Notes under the pieces: model-generated
Databases searched by the model: none
Told to the model about the DNA's origin: nothing
The model's input: the letters and a program-made list of their open reading frames with translations, nothing else
Program-made: the position numbers and the translations under genes
Shown: in pieces, positions 29,197 to 41,076 of the stretch
How positions within the stretch are numbered: the stretch's first letter is position 1
Layout: every line of letters begins with the position of its first letter
Source of the DNA: a virus
Taxonomy: Duplodnaviria > Caudoviricetes
IMG/VR virus record: IMGVR_UViG_3300035498_000778
Location: 60,893 to 124,892 of that record
Length of the DNA stretch: 64,000 nucleotides
Direction: 5' to 3' (one strand)

Positions 29197-32100
29197 TTAT
29201 AGAATTAGCGCACGTATATGCGTATCATCTATACGCTTGATCATGCGAATATTTGTTTTTTCTTCTGAGTATGTAGCAATACCGTTAACGGCTGTCACAT
29301 ACTTATTCTTTTTACATGTACCATCATCAATACATACAAGTTTACCTAAGAATCCAACCATATCCCATTCTGATCTATCTTTACGTGAAACATATTCTTT
29401 AGTTTCATCCCAGTCTGCACTTACCTTATCTACCATTCGGCTCCATTCCTCATACTTAACAGTACCGTCTTCATTATACTGAGCAGGGTATGTTACCTCT
29501 TCTTGTATAATCTTTCCAAAGATATCATGTTCATACTTGTCATGCCATTCATCATCGTAACAGTCACCTATTACTATTGGGTCTGATGATATAATACCTA
29601 TAATATCATCACCTTTATTAGCTAACTTCATCTTACTTTCAGAATATTCATCATCACTGTCTGATAAGGATACTAATAATCCTCTTCTATCATCATCCTC
29701 TGGATTACCATCTTCCCATTCCATATACTCAGCATAGTCGGCTGTACCAGATATAGTACCGTATATACTCTTAATATATCCGTACGCGAATGGATAAGAT
29801 TTTTCTCCAACATACGAGTTTGCAGAACCTGTGGTTATTCTTGATATTATAACCCCATTTCGCTGTATCTGAAACCCTTTTGTATCGTTTACACGATTTA
29901 ATATGAATGATCCGTCAGTGATATATGCGGAATGACTGTTAACCTTAAAATCTAGGTTAGCGTCTATTTCTGTCTTAGTTATTTCAAACGCGTTGGATCG
30001 CGTGTAGGTACTACTATCATTATATGTAGTCCATGTACCGTTTCCGACACTGAATATAGTTGAGTCAACCGTTGAGCTGTTAGCTTTACCTAAGGCTATT
30101 TCATATTGGTTAGTAGTCGTTAGACCTGTGCCAAAACAATAAGTTCGGTGGTTCGCGGGTGTATTGCATTGACCCATTACATAGTTGAGTGTGTATTCTG
30201 AACTATTAGAACAGCCCAATACATACGATCCTATATTATTATACTGGAGCCTATCAGACTTCGCATATGTAAACGAATTATTGAAACCTAAGATCATCGA
30301 ACCGTAACAAGTACTGCTATTATTTCCACCGTAAATTATAGAATATGGTGCTGTAACAGTATTATCATGACCTCCACATAAACAACTTGAGCTGTCTGAA
30401 TTTAAATTGTTAGACCAGCCCTCAACGATAGAATAAGGCGCGTCTACGGTATTATTATAACCCCCAACAATAGAATCCTTTCCACTCACAGTGTTTTCCT
30501 CACCAAACACAGATGTGTTGGTAGCATCAGATGTTAGACTGTTTTTGTAACCTCCAACAACCGTATTATTACCAGCACATGTATTACTATTTCCGTGTAC
30601 GAATGATCTATCACCGCTTGCAGTACAACCGTTACCACCAGCATGTGAATCTGTTCCTGACGCGGTGCATGATCCGCCTTCAACATGTGATCTTGCTCCG
30701 CTCGCAGTACCACCATTACCTTCTGCATGTGCTGATGAATTTGTCGCTTTTGTTCCATTACCTTCTGCATGGCTATTATTTCCACTCGCGGTAGTTTGAT
30801 AACCCTCCGCATGCGCTTGTGGACCGCTAACGGTACAGCTATTACCTTCAACATGAGCGTCCGCTACTGCATTGATTTTGTTATTGTAGCCTTCAGCATG
30901 TGAGTCTCTTGATGAACCAGTAATGGTATTATTATATCCTTCAACATGAGCACCGCTACTTGCACTATTGTCAATAACGTTCTGGTATCCTTCGACATGT
31001 GAGTAGGCGCCAAGTGTAGCAGTACTGGATCCTTCTGCATGTGAGTAATTACCAATCGCGTAATTTGCTGAATTATTAAATACTTCGGCGCCTGTGCCTC
31101 CGGTAGAACTAGCGATAGAATTAGAATTAATAGTTTTTGCACTGTAGCTATATCCTTCTCTTAAGTGGCCGACGCCATACAACTGACTATCAGAAAGTTT
31201 TATAGTGTCATTATCTATATAGCTACTTAAGTTTTTATTACTGAGCAATGTATACCATTCTGACCAAGTGGTGCTACCATTGGAACCACTGCCGCCTCTA
31301 TATTGTAAGCCGTTTGCACTAACTCCATTTGTAATAAATAGCTGCGCACCAAAACCTGCTGTTGTATCCCATCCGAATGTTAATATGTATCCATCACCCA
31401 TCGGTTTATTAGATGTCATAGAACTTGTCGCAACCATCAAACTTAATGATGACTTCTGTAATGTCGTCAAATACTCACTTACATCATTAGCGTCAGCCTT
31501 TCTATTATTACCACTGTAATAGTATGGAGATACAATATATTCATGCGTATGATCGCTGTCAGCTTTAGTATCAAGAGCATCGCATACAACCTTATTTTGG
31601 ATAGCGTTGGTACTTGAGTAGTCTAATGAACTATCGACTATTACTCTAGTCGCTCTATTCTCAATCTGGGATAATTTCGTCTTATCAGCAGAACTCATAA
31701 GACCATCTGAAATCGTAGTAGCATTATTATAAACATGGACTATGTAATCCGCCCATGCTGCCGTACCATCACCGGTACATAATAACATCTGTCCATCTTC
31801 ACCTCCACTTGGAATATGCATATATCCAGATGTCGTAGGATGAACATAGTTATTAGCGCCAGCCGCAATGCCGTCTAATTTAGTCTTATCACTAGAACTC
31901 ATAAGACCTGATGTGCTTGTGGTAGCTACACCGTAGGTCGTATCTGTTGGTATGACCCATGTACCGTCACCTCTTAAAAATGATGTCTGCTTACCCGCAG
32001 CTGGTGCTGGCACTAAACCACTTGTACCAGTACTACTTGATGTAGCACCAGTCATAACATCGTAAGTTATATTTTCAGAACCTGAGGTAATAGTACCGGT

Positions 32101-32532
32101 TGTACCATCACCCTTAGTATACGTTATAGTATTACCCGTAGCAGAGAGAGATTTAATGTATGTACTAGAAATCTCCTGTCCGTTACTATCGTTTGTTGCA
32201 CTAGTAGCTGATGTTGCGCTGGTTGCATTACCATTAAAAGCGGTTGCAGTAACAGAACCGGATACATCCAAACCACCGGATCCAACATGTACTACGCCTG
32301 TGTTGTTATTGATATATAGATCGTTCGCGTTGCTACCAGTACCTGATGAAACTGGTGTGTTACTTAAATCAGTATAACTACCAGAGTACGCTACGGTTTT
32401 GGTATCTGATATATACTTACTTATCTTACCCATCATTGTCTTTATACTTTCTCCAGAAGTAATATTACTTCTGGAGGTTGCTGTAGAAAATCCCACTGTG
32501 ATATCTACATCATTCATTTCTATATTAGCCAT
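29197..32532 (-). CDS. Tail fibre/adhesin with SHAEG beta-helix repeats and C-terminal peptidase G2 autocleaving chaperone
   Basis: GLMSS.DKTKLDGI fibre motifs, many (S/A)H(A/V)EG repeats, ADYAEYMEWEDGNP..DRRG. Confidence 0.85.
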   Translation of the reverse strand: MANIEMNDVDITVGFSTATSRSNITSGESIKTMMGKISKYISDTKTVAYSGSYTDLSNTPVSSGTGSNANDLYINNNTGVVHVGSGGLDVSGSVTATAFNGNATSATSATSATNDSNGQEISSTYIKSLSATGNTITYTKGDGTTGTITSGSENITYDVMTGATSSSTGTSGLVPAPAAGKQTSFLRGDGTWVIPTDTTYGVATTSTSGLMSSSDKTKLDGIAAGANNYVHPTTSGYMHIPSGGEDGQMLLCTGDGTAAWADYIVHVYNNATTISDGLMSSADKTKLSQIENRATRVIVDSSLDYSSTNAIQNKVVCDALDTKADSDHTHEYIVSPYYYSGNNRKADANDVSEYLTTLQKSSLSLMVATSSMTSNKPMGDGYILTFGWDTTAGFGAQLFITNGVSANGLQYRGGSGSNGSTTWSEWYTLLSNKNLSSYIDNDTIKLSDSQLYGVGHLREGYSYSAKTINSNSIASSTGGTGAEVFNNSANYAIGNYSHAEGSSTATLGAYSHVEGYQNVIDNSASSGAHVEGYNNTITGSSRDSHAEGYNNKINAVADAHVEGNSCTVSGPQAHAEGYQTTASGNNSHAEGNGTKATNSSAHAEGNGGTASGARSHVEGGSCTASGTDSHAGGNGCTASGDRSFVHGNSNTCAGNNTVVGGYKNSLTSDATNTSVFGEENTVSGKDSIVGGYNNTVDAPYSIVEGWSNNLNSDSSSCLCGGHDNTVTAPYSIIYGGNNSSTCYGSMILGFNNSFTYAKSDRLQYNNIGSYVLGCSNSSEYTLNYVMGQCNTPANHRTYCFGTGLTTTNQYEIALGKANSSTVDSTIFSVGNGTWTTYNDSSTYTRSNAFEITKTEIDANLDFKVNSHSAYITDGSFILNRVNDTKGFQIQRNGVIISRITTGSANSYVGEKSYPFAYGYIKSIYGTISGTADYAEYMEWEDGNPEDDDRRGLLVSLSDSDDEYSESKMKLANKGDDIIGIISSDPIVIGDCYDDEWHDKYEHDIFGKIIQEEVTYPAQYNEDGTVKYEEWSRMVDKVSADWDETKEYVSRKDRSEWDMVGFLGKLVCIDDGTCKKNKYVTAVNGIATYSEEKTNIRMIKRIDDTHIRALIL

Positions 32533-32553
32533 AATTTATCACCTCATATTAAT

Positions 32554-34068
32554 CTATTTAACATTTAGCTTCAATGTATCGTTTACAGAAATTAGATCTA
32601 CGATTGTGGCTTCTAATTTGCTCACTCTCTCAGTTAGATCATCAATTAGATCCTTCAATGCTTTACCTTGTGCAGCAGATAGAGACTCTGTGGTACTAGT
32701 ACTTGTCAGTACGTTTTGTACTCCTCTCCAAGTATTTGTGTCGGTAAATTTAGCATCGCTTGGCACTGAAGCTTCTATAGTATATGTACAAGCAGTAGGT
32801 TTACCACTTGTAAAGTATACAGGTTGAGTTGCACTACCTGCAGTACTAGTATCAAGCTTAACTGCAGATGTGGCTGAACCACCCGCTGTAGTTGAACCAG
32901 CATACATATGCGTATGGCCAACGTCTGCCTTACCACTTAATTGAGTTTGAATAGACTCAGTAACGCCTGACACATAATTTAATTCCGTTGCGCTTGAAGT
33001 AACTCCGAGATCGCTTAAAGTAACATTATGTGGGTTTCCGGATGTAAGTTGTGAATGTACATATGCAGTATTACCATAGTCACCTCTATATGCTGTACTA
33101 GAGGTTGTACCTAAGGCTAAAGTTTCACTAATGACCACATATGTACTACCTGACCATCTGTAAATCTTTTTACTACTTAAGCACACATATATCTTACCGG
33201 ATTCTTCATCAATCTTATCTGTAAAAGAGCTATCAATGTAGAATCTATCAGTATTGCTGTCGTAGTATCCTTCTAGCACGTCATCTACATAACTAGGTAG
33301 TTGTGCAGCAGGCACAGTTCCGTTAGAATCGAGTTCAGCTAGACCGTTAACAGCACCTTTTAAATTAGAATTTAAAGGTGTATAACCTAATGATGAAGTT
33401 ACGTCACTTGCGCTGATTTCACTTATGATAGTAGCAGCACTTTTATTTTCAACATTATCTAATCCAATATTAGCTTTAGTGATATTGATTTGACCAGTTC
33501 TGTAGCTTGTTTCACTATCACCTTTAACGCCAGTAACTGAGTTTACCTGTGCGCCCGCATCAATTCCTTCTAGCTTTGTCTTATCAGCAGCACTCATAAG
33601 ACCATCTGCAGTTATAGTAGCATTAGGATAAGTACTGTCTTGTAGTATAACAGTTCCTGTTTCGTTATTACCCTTTGTATAAGTAATAACATTGCCTGAA
33701 GCAGAAAGATCCTTAATGTACGTTACTGTTATTTCTTGATCAGATCCATCATTGGTAGCTTTAGTTGCTGATGTAGCGTTACCACTAAATGTCTTAGCAG
33801 TAACTGAACCAGTGACATCTAGACCACCTGTACCAATGTGTACAACGCCAGTGTTGTTATTGATATAAAGATCGTTGTTGTTGGTACTAATTGGTGCATT
33901 GTCTAAGTCATTATAATCGTTTGAGTAAGCAATAGACTTTGTGTCAGATATATACTTACTTATCTTACCCATCATCGTCTTGATATTCTCGCCTGAGCTT
34001 ATGTTTTCTCTACTGTCAGCCTCATCAAATTCGACATTTATCTGGGCGTTTATAGTTCTTTCAGCCAT
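32554..34068 (-). CDS. Tail fibre protein
   Basis: GLMSAADKTKLEGI, ITKANIGLDNVENKS, NGLAELD..G.VP..QLPSYVDDVLE, LSAAQGKALK. Confidence 0.8.
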   Translation of the reverse strand: MAERTINAQINVEFDEADSRENISSGENIKTMMGKISKYISDTKSIAYSNDYNDLDNAPISTNNNDLYINNNTGVVHIGTGGLDVTGSVTAKTFSGNATSATKATNDGSDQEITVTYIKDLSASGNVITYTKGNNETGTVILQDSTYPNATITADGLMSAADKTKLEGIDAGAQVNSVTGVKGDSETSYRTGQINITKANIGLDNVENKSAATIISEISASDVTSSLGYTPLNSNLKGAVNGLAELDSNGTVPAAQLPSYVDDVLEGYYDSNTDRFYIDSSFTDKIDEESGKIYVCLSSKKIYRWSGSTYVVISETLALGTTSSTAYRGDYGNTAYVHSQLTSGNPHNVTLSDLGVTSSATELNYVSGVTESIQTQLSGKADVGHTHMYAGSTTAGGSATSAVKLDTSTAGSATQPVYFTSGKPTACTYTIEASVPSDAKFTDTNTWRGVQNVLTSTSTTESLSAAQGKALKDLIDDLTERVSKLEATIVDLISVNDTLKLNVK

Positions 34069-34208
34069 TTGGCTCAACTCCTTTTCTTTTTTAATGTTAT
34101 AAGAATGTTTCTTGTTGAAACTTTCCACTTATAACCATAAAAATAATTATATATTATATTTGTGTAAGAAAAACAAACATAATAAAAGATACTCGGAGGT
34201 ATAAAATT

Positions 34209-35018
34209 ATGAGTACAATTATGACTGCAACCGTTAAAGGAAAAGCTAACAATCATGAAGCTGTTGAAGCTTTCGCCAATATGTTAAACGTAGGAGTTAG
34301 AAACGCTCAGCGTTCATACTACACAATTGGTGCTAAGGATTATATAATTCTTGGTACAAACATAAATACGTCAAACATATTAGACATGGTAACAGAAGGT
34401 GACATGATATGCTTTGAAGGTGTAATTGATTGTAAAGAATCAATTATCGTTAGAATGGGAAGTGATATGGAATCTATGGGTATGAATGAGCCTATACAGG
34501 ATTCTGATAGAACTCTCTATCCTATCAGTATAAAACAGTTATTCGAACTCGTCCCAGATATTATGGAGATTGAGATTGATGGTAAGAATGAAGAAACTAT
34601 GCAGGCTGAATCTATATATGTCAGACGAGAGGAATCTGGTTGTATTGCGTACAGTGAAGTGTCAGAACCTCTGGTGGGTTATATATGCTTAGACTGTTTA
34701 GCCAATTCTGTACAGAATCTTATAGCTGAACTTAAAGTTGTGCCTGACAGTTACACTCCAAATGACACGTATGAGTTTTATCAGACTATACCAAAATCAT
34801 ATCTTGAGTCAATAACTTGCGAAAATGATACACGACACAATAACTTCATCATTGATAGCGAATGGGGTTATAACGATGATAACGATATATTCGAATTGAT
34901 GTGTAGTGCCGTTAAAACTGTTGTAAATGATTGGTCAGAAAACGATGAATCTACCGCTGACGATAATAGTCGCTTAGCTGGTACTTTAAAAGAATTAATA
35001 TTAAGCGCAACCAAATAA
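34209..35018 (+). CDS. Early hypothetical protein (stand-alone unit)
   Basis: Early motif at 34148, GGAGGT RBS, terminator at about 35022-35049. Confidence 0.7.
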   Translation: MSTIMTATVKGKANNHEAVEAFANMLNVGVRNAQRSYYTIGAKDYIILGTNINTSNILDMVTEGDMICFEGVIDCKESIIVRMGSDMESMGMNEPIQDSDRTLYPISIKQLFELVPDIMEIEIDGKNEETMQAESIYVRREESGCIAYSEVSEPLVGYICLDCLANSVQNLIAELKVVPDSYTPNDTYEFYQTIPKSYLESITCENDTRHNNFIIDSEWGYNDDNDIFELMCSAVKTVVNDWSENDESTADDNSRLAGTLKELILSATK

Positions 35019-35053
35019 AATAAAAAGAGAGCATTGAGCTCTCTTTTTTCTTG

Positions 35054-38000
35054 TTATTTCACATCTATTAATACGGTATTCTCTCTTTTTAGAACACACA
35101 TAAATCTAGTAGGTTCGTTACTTGCAGTAGCATAGCCTGTATCGTTTGAACGTACATATTTTCCAACTTCACAAGTTCCGTCTTCCAAAGCAGGTACTAG
35201 TCCTCTCATACCGACAGTATCCCATTCCTTTCTGGACTTGCGTGGTATATATGCTTCGTTAGCATTAAATTCTGGATTAAGCTTCGGTACTTCATATATA
35301 ACACCGTCTTCGTCAGTGCGCTCCTCATATATAATCCTATCAAATTCATCAGTTAAATATTGCTTACGCCATTCCATATCAGAGTTACCTATAACAGAAG
35401 GATTTCCAGATACTATACCCATGATATAGCTATTGTTATTCGCAATAGTGATACAAAGTTTATCAGTAACTGAAGGATCCATAGTTACAAATTTACCACA
35501 CCTATCCTCGTTGTTTGGATTACCATCAGACCATTCCATATACTCTGCATAGTCAGCTCCAATAGTTTGATATGCATATGCACTCTTCGTCCCTTGTGAA
35601 CCACCAGTCACGAACGCGGTCTTGTCAGAAGTTTCGCTACCATCACCGACAACAAACCTAGCATTTTTAATCGTAGCAGCCGTCGGACGAGTTCCTACAA
35701 TTGTACATGATGATTGGCTTGAAACGGATATATCACTACCAAGGATAGCTACGCTTGAACAGTTATAGACATTGCAGTTACTACCTACTATTATTGAGGC
35801 GTTAGTATTGTTAACTATAGTACCTTTTAGAGGAGTATAAGTATCATTATTACTAGTGTTAATTCTGGCATGGTTAATGGTGCTGCTTATTATTAATGAG
35901 CTATCACTATTTTTAACGGTTCCTCCGTCTATTATAGAGAATAAAAAGCTGGCATTATTTACGGCAGAGTTACTACTCATTATTAAACTATTTTGAAGAC
36001 CACCCACATTTGATGTATTTGCTACTATTATACTATGATCGGTACTTTGTTTTAATTTACATGTAACAATATCACTGAGAGAAAAATTACTACCATTAAT
36101 ACTAAACGAATTTATAGCAGTCGAAACTGCATTCTCATTTGAAGAACCTGCAATAATACTACCATTGGCAATAATTAAAGAACCGACGCTTGTACCTAGT
36201 ACTGATGTACCATTAATCCCAATTAGTGAAACGTCCGTGCAATAAACTTTATTATCAATGTTATTACGAATGGTATGCGCTACTGCATTTTTAGTAGCCG
36301 AATTTTTTCTTATTAATGCTAAATCACTAGAACTTCCCTCATAATCAAATGATTCTAGAAGCATCGCTACATTTGAATTAGATAAAACAGCTGTTGATGC
36401 ATGTGAGCTATACATATTTGACGAGCCGTCGACAATTATACTACTATCTTTAACACTCACCATTGCAAGGTCGTATTCATTGCTTGATGCTCGATGATTG
36501 TATGCCAAAATTTTTGAATTTTCGATGTTACCATAGAAAATCCATTCGTTATCCGTATCATTTTCCATTTCAGTAGTAGTGATGATGGATGATCCTTCTA
36601 TCTCATAAAATTTTGCATGCGAAGCTTTTATGTCCGAATACCTGATCAAACCAGCATCAGAAAGGATAAAACTATTATCTGGTCTATAGCTAATTTTCCC
36701 ACCAACAGATACATTATCACCTATAATACTAACCGCGTTGGTATCAAATCTTGACCATACCGCAGTATTTGTACATACCATCATTGAAGTATGTGCGTTT
36801 GAATGATAGGTCTCTTTTTCATCTTCAGAATGAGTGACACCTCCCATAACATCTAGCTTACTTCCTATATATAAGGAATCCGAATATACTGCCTCACCAG
36901 TTTCCGCCACAGTTAAGCTTACATCATCAGCTATTACTAGGCATTTATTCACACCAGCCATTATAGAATGATTGTTTATAACACATACAGACCCATTAGC
37001 TGATACCCTCGTGCTGTCACTTGCAACGATTAGCGAATTATGCATGGCACTTATTTGCCCAGAGTCTCTACAATTAGTACATATAGCGAGAGATCCTGAT
37101 ATATTTTTTGCCATCACTGAGTTGTTTATTGACAATATAGAATCGGTTATAGATCTATTATCACCACTAATCATACTGTTAGCAAGAATTAAGCTATGGG
37201 AAACCGTATTGTTAGAACTACCAATCGCAGAGTTACGACCCAATATGAAAGAATCCTTTGAATTCGTTTTTATGTCTACACCTGTAATTATTGAGTCTAC
37301 ACCACAATGGTTAACGTTAGTACCTACAACAACTGATTGACCTTGGATATATGTAGAACTGCCGTATAACTCAGTTACGCCTGAACTGTTTATATCTCTA
37401 CCGAAAGATATACTATATGGAGACCTACTGACTATATTCTGTCCATATGACACAGAGTAACTAGAAGGTTCATATTTATTACTCGCTGTATTATTATAAG
37501 TACCAACAGAGATATTCGACCCAATCACTGTTACAGCTGTGCTATATGTTTTATTAGCAACACTGTGGTTATTCATCGAAATTGATCCTAGACTGATGCC
37601 GCTACCTATAATTATAGAATTTGCTCCATTTGATGCTATATTATTACCAATGATTATATTACCTATACCATTACTGTTTACTCCTACGTTACTACTATCT
37701 GGGCCCACAGCAGCGACAGAATAACTGCTATTTATGCTGCTATTGGCACCGATTACACAGCTATAATTAGCACTACTATTCATATAAGTACCTATAGTAG
37801 CACTGTATGCTCCAGAGCCAGATGTGTCTAAACCTATAGTTGTACTATACTTACCGCTTGTCTGTACATTTGAACCTATCGCACATGATCCGTTATTTGT
37901 CGCGTTACAATTCACACCAATGGCTTTACTGTATGCACCAGAAGCATTGGCACCTTCTCCATATGCTATCGCACCACGAGCCGCAGCTACTGTATACGCA

Positions 38001-39730
38001 GACACATTAAGAAATGTTGAATCCAGCGAAGGAGCTCCTATAGCTATTGCGTATCTCGAATTGTTATTTACAAGAGCGCTGTTACCTATAGCTATTGCAA
38101 ATGGAGAATTACTCCTTACTATAGAATTAACGCCCAATGCTAGTGAGCCTATTGAGTCCACTGTAGTATTTGTTCCTATAGCTATAGCAGAATTGGAATT
38201 CGCTGTACTCGTAAGTCCTATGGCTATAGAAGCTGAGCCGTTGGAATTTGTAGTCGTACCTATTGCGATAGAATTATCACCGGATGCTCTTCCGTGGGCA
38301 GCAGCAAAAGATTCTTTACCATTTGCGGTTGAATAATATCCAACTGCAGTCGATCGGTCACCAGTTGCTTTGCTTATATAGCCTATAGCAACAGATGTTG
38401 TAGCGTTAGCAGAACTGTAAGATCCAACTGCAGTCGATCGGTCACCTATCGATGATGCGTTCATACCTAAAGCCAACGCACTGTTTCCAACAACTTGTGA
38501 ACCTGAACCAATAGAAACCTCACCGACATAATTGTTACTTGTGATCGTGTTATTATTTATTGTAGCTCGGTCGCGTACGCCCCTACCGATATATATCGAA
38601 TTCGATCCATCAAATGATTGTAGTGTACCAGTATTATTACTGGTTCCTATAACTATATTTTTCGATCCTTCGTTAGATACATCAAGGTCTCTACCTATGA
38701 TAATCGAATCAGATCCGTTCGCGTGTAAATTTCTACCAACCATAACAGTATTAATTGAACATGGATATAGATAAGAACCTAATGCAAGCGAATTATCTGC
38801 GTTTGAATTTGTGGCATATATATATGATCCCATAAATGCGCTGTTACCCGTAATACCACTTGAAGCAACAATGTGCTTACCTACAGATACACAGTCTGAT
38901 TGTTGTGAAATATCAGCACCAAGGGATATTGCGTTACTCATATTCTGATAAATATTTGAACCTACAGCAACACAATTGTTTAATTGTAAATTCCAATGGT
39001 ATGCACCATCAAAATAACGACCTATACTTATATTTGAGCCCATCGCCAAACCATCTGTACTACATTGGTATATATTTTCGCCAAAAACGATTGCGTTATT
39101 CAAGGATACAGTTTGTACATTAGATCCTACCACTATTGAATTAGAAGAATGTAGTTGTAAATTCTTTCCGAGCGCAAACACGTTGTTTATATATTGGCCT
39201 CGTTGACCCTGAAATGCGACATATACACTATCTCCCATTACCACAGACGATGGAGCGCATATGTTCATATTATTACCGATAACTTTGGCATTGTTAGCAC
39301 CGGAACCTATGGTTATATTACTGCCCATCGCTTGTGATTCATTGGCTGAGATGTTTATTCTATCACCCATAGCCTGTGAGTATTGAACGGAACTGTTCTG
39401 TTTTGATATATTAACATATGCGCCTAACGATACATCTGCCAATCCTGATGCTAGTGTGTTATAACCGCCACTAATAGACGATTCACCACAGTTAGCACCA
39501 TTATTGGTACTGTTATTAGAGCCTGTTAGATATACAGAATTGTCAGCGTCACCGTCCTTCCAATTATGAGAAACATCGGCAAGATCACTGGCCACATTAT
39601 TAATTGAATCTTCCACAGTGGAAAGATTATTCATGAAGACTTCACTGGCCTTAGTTCTAGGGAGAAACGGCACATTGTTACCCTCAACGTCTACCTTAGT
39701 CAGAGTACCAGTTATATATTTTTTAGACAT
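35054..39730 (-). CDS. Large tail fibre/adhesin with YadA-head-like repeats and C-terminal peptidase G2 domain
   Basis: Repeating S(I/T)A(I/V)G..(S/A).A pattern; GADYAEYMEWSDGNP..EDRCG; late motif at 39788. Confidence 0.85.
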   Translation of the reverse strand: MSKKYITGTLTKVDVEGNNVPFLPRTKASEVFMNNLSTVEDSINNVASDLADVSHNWKDGDADNSVYLTGSNNSTNNGANCGESSISGGYNTLASGLADVSLGAYVNISKQNSSVQYSQAMGDRINISANESQAMGSNITIGSGANNAKVIGNNMNICAPSSVVMGDSVYVAFQGQRGQYINNVFALGKNLQLHSSNSIVVGSNVQTVSLNNAIVFGENIYQCSTDGLAMGSNISIGRYFDGAYHWNLQLNNCVAVGSNIYQNMSNAISLGADISQQSDCVSVGKHIVASSGITGNSAFMGSYIYATNSNADNSLALGSYLYPCSINTVMVGRNLHANGSDSIIIGRDLDVSNEGSKNIVIGTSNNTGTLQSFDGSNSIYIGRGVRDRATINNNTITSNNYVGEVSIGSGSQVVGNSALALGMNASSIGDRSTAVGSYSSANATTSVAIGYISKATGDRSTAVGYYSTANGKESFAAAHGRASGDNSIAIGTTTNSNGSASIAIGLTSTANSNSAIAIGTNTTVDSIGSLALGVNSIVRSNSPFAIAIGNSALVNNNSRYAIAIGAPSLDSTFLNVSAYTVAAARGAIAYGEGANASGAYSKAIGVNCNATNNGSCAIGSNVQTSGKYSTTIGLDTSGSGAYSATIGTYMNSSANYSCVIGANSSINSSYSVAAVGPDSSNVGVNSNGIGNIIIGNNIASNGANSIIIGSGISLGSISMNNHSVANKTYSTAVTVIGSNISVGTYNNTASNKYEPSSYSVSYGQNIVSRSPYSISFGRDINSSGVTELYGSSTYIQGQSVVVGTNVNHCGVDSIITGVDIKTNSKDSFILGRNSAIGSSNNTVSHSLILANSMISGDNRSITDSILSINNSVMAKNISGSLAICTNCRDSGQISAMHNSLIVASDSTRVSANGSVCVINNHSIMAGVNKCLVIADDVSLTVAETGEAVYSDSLYIGSKLDVMGGVTHSEDEKETYHSNAHTSMMVCTNTAVWSRFDTNAVSIIGDNVSVGGKISYRPDNSFILSDAGLIRYSDIKASHAKFYEIEGSSIITTTEMENDTDNEWIFYGNIENSKILAYNHRASSNEYDLAMVSVKDSSIIVDGSSNMYSSHASTAVLSNSNVAMLLESFDYEGSSSDLALIRKNSATKNAVAHTIRNNIDNKVYCTDVSLIGINGTSVLGTSVGSLIIANGSIIAGSSNENAVSTAINSFSINGSNFSLSDIVTCKLKQSTDHSIIVANTSNVGGLQNSLIMSSNSAVNNASFLFSIIDGGTVKNSDSSLIISSTINHARINTSNNDTYTPLKGTIVNNTNASIIVGSNCNVYNCSSVAILGSDISVSSQSSCTIVGTRPTAATIKNARFVVGDGSETSDKTAFVTGGSQGTKSAYAYQTIGADYAEYMEWSDGNPNNEDRCGKFVTMDPSVTDKLCITIANNNSYIMGIVSGNPSVIGNSDMEWRKQYLTDEFDRIIYEERTDEDGVIYEVPKLNPEFNANEAYIPRKSRKEWDTVGMRGLVPALEDGTCEVGKYVRSNDTGYATASNEPTRFMCVLKRENTVLIDVK

Positions 39731-39899
39731 ATAATAATCACTCCTTTTATGTATTATTTATGAAAAATTTTTATTTTATCTTCGTATTAACTCATTGTTT
39801 TTTAATTTAAAAGCGATATACTAAATATAAAATAATTATATATTATTTGCTTGACCCAACAACAAACAGGTAAATATTATTTTATTAGGAGGTAATTAT

Positions 39900-40475
39900 A
39901 TGAATAATGAAGTGCTATCTGTAACATCTATGGTGGCATATAAAGCCCCTATAGATTATCACGGTTTTCATAATCGTAAAGCGAGAATATTACGATTGGA
40001 TAAATATGAGGATTTAAACGACTTGTTAATCAGAATCAGTGACGAATTAAATTTAATAGATACCAAAGTAGAACTACATCGTAACTTTATGGGGTTTTAT
40101 AAAACTGTAATTGACAGGTTCGTTCAAACCATTTACAACTATATTGACTGTGTAAATGACGATGGACTATATGCTAATGTAATACCTACAGATCAAATAA
40201 TTAATCCGAAAGAATCTATATTCAACCAACTAAAACATATTTATTTCGTCACTCATGTAGTTTCTAGTAATAATTTACATGATTTCGTTATGAATAGCAA
40301 GCAATTCCAATTGGACAACCAACAATTGTATAAAATTGCAATTAGCTGTATGTGTGAATTATCTAGTGGGTGTTGGTTTCCGCCATATTCAAATACACCC
40401 ATTAATGAAGTAATATGTGAATGGCCTATATCTAATATAAATAGTAAGATAAACGAATATCTATTCAGTAATTAG
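39900..40475 (+). CDS. Early hypothetical protein
   Basis: Early motif at 39837, AGGAGGT RBS. Confidence 0.65.
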   Translation: MNNEVLSVTSMVAYKAPIDYHGFHNRKARILRLDKYEDLNDLLIRISDELNLIDTKVELHRNFMGFYKTVIDRFVQTIYNYIDCVNDDGLYANVIPTDQIINPKESIFNQLKHIYFVTHVVSSNNLHDFVMNSKQFQLDNQQLYKIAISCMCELSSGCWFPPYSNTPINEVICEWPISNINSKINEYLFSN

Positions 40476-40517
40476 GTCCTCACATTAACAAAGTTGATAT
40501 TTTTGGAGGTAATTAGG

Positions 40518-41027
40518 ATGAGTATCTATGTATGTAACGAATGTATGACAGTATTTAACAAGGCGAGTAAATATTGTCCTATCAGGTGCTGTACTGGTGA
40601 TGTAGTTGAAATAGACGAAAATATATATCCAGCTATATATATTCTAAATAAAAAGCATTATCATACTGCATTTTCATGTTCCGGACACGTATTTGAAAAC
40701 ACACAAAATAGTGGTTATATCAAGTTTGATCAAGAAAGGATAGAAAGCTGCTTCAGCGAATACTTTCATAACGACGAAGAACTAGCAGTAATAAATGATA
40801 AAGTAGCAGAGTATATAACCTCAAAGGCTGGAAATTATAAAAACCTAGTCCCATGTAATATCGGTGACGGATTAATTCCAATAATATACGCGATTTTTAA
40901 TGAGACTACATGGTGTGATTTATCTATAACAGAAAGACAAGATAAAATATTTCAATTTATAAATGACATAACTGATTTTGCTAACAATTTACCATCGTTA
41001 GATTGCTTGGTAAAACAACTCAAGTAA
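40518..41027 (+). CDS. Hypothetical Zn-ribbon protein
   Basis: CNEC..CP..CC; VEIDENI..AI..LNKK.Y.TAFSCSGH. Confidence 0.65.
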   Translation: MSIYVCNECMTVFNKASKYCPIRCCTGDVVEIDENIYPAIYILNKKHYHTAFSCSGHVFENTQNSGYIKFDQERIESCFSEYFHNDEELAVINDKVAEYITSKAGNYKNLVPCNIGDGLIPIIYAIFNETTWCDLSITERQDKIFQFINDITDFANNLPSLDCLVKQLK

Positions 41028-41076
41028 AAACAAAAACATAATAAAAGAACGTAGGAAATTCCTACGTTCTTTTTCT

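Noticed and set aside
38341-38446. 22-bp direct repeat CAACTGCAGTCGATCGGTCACC
   Set aside because: Coding repeat (GDRSTAVG) within the YadA-like fibre
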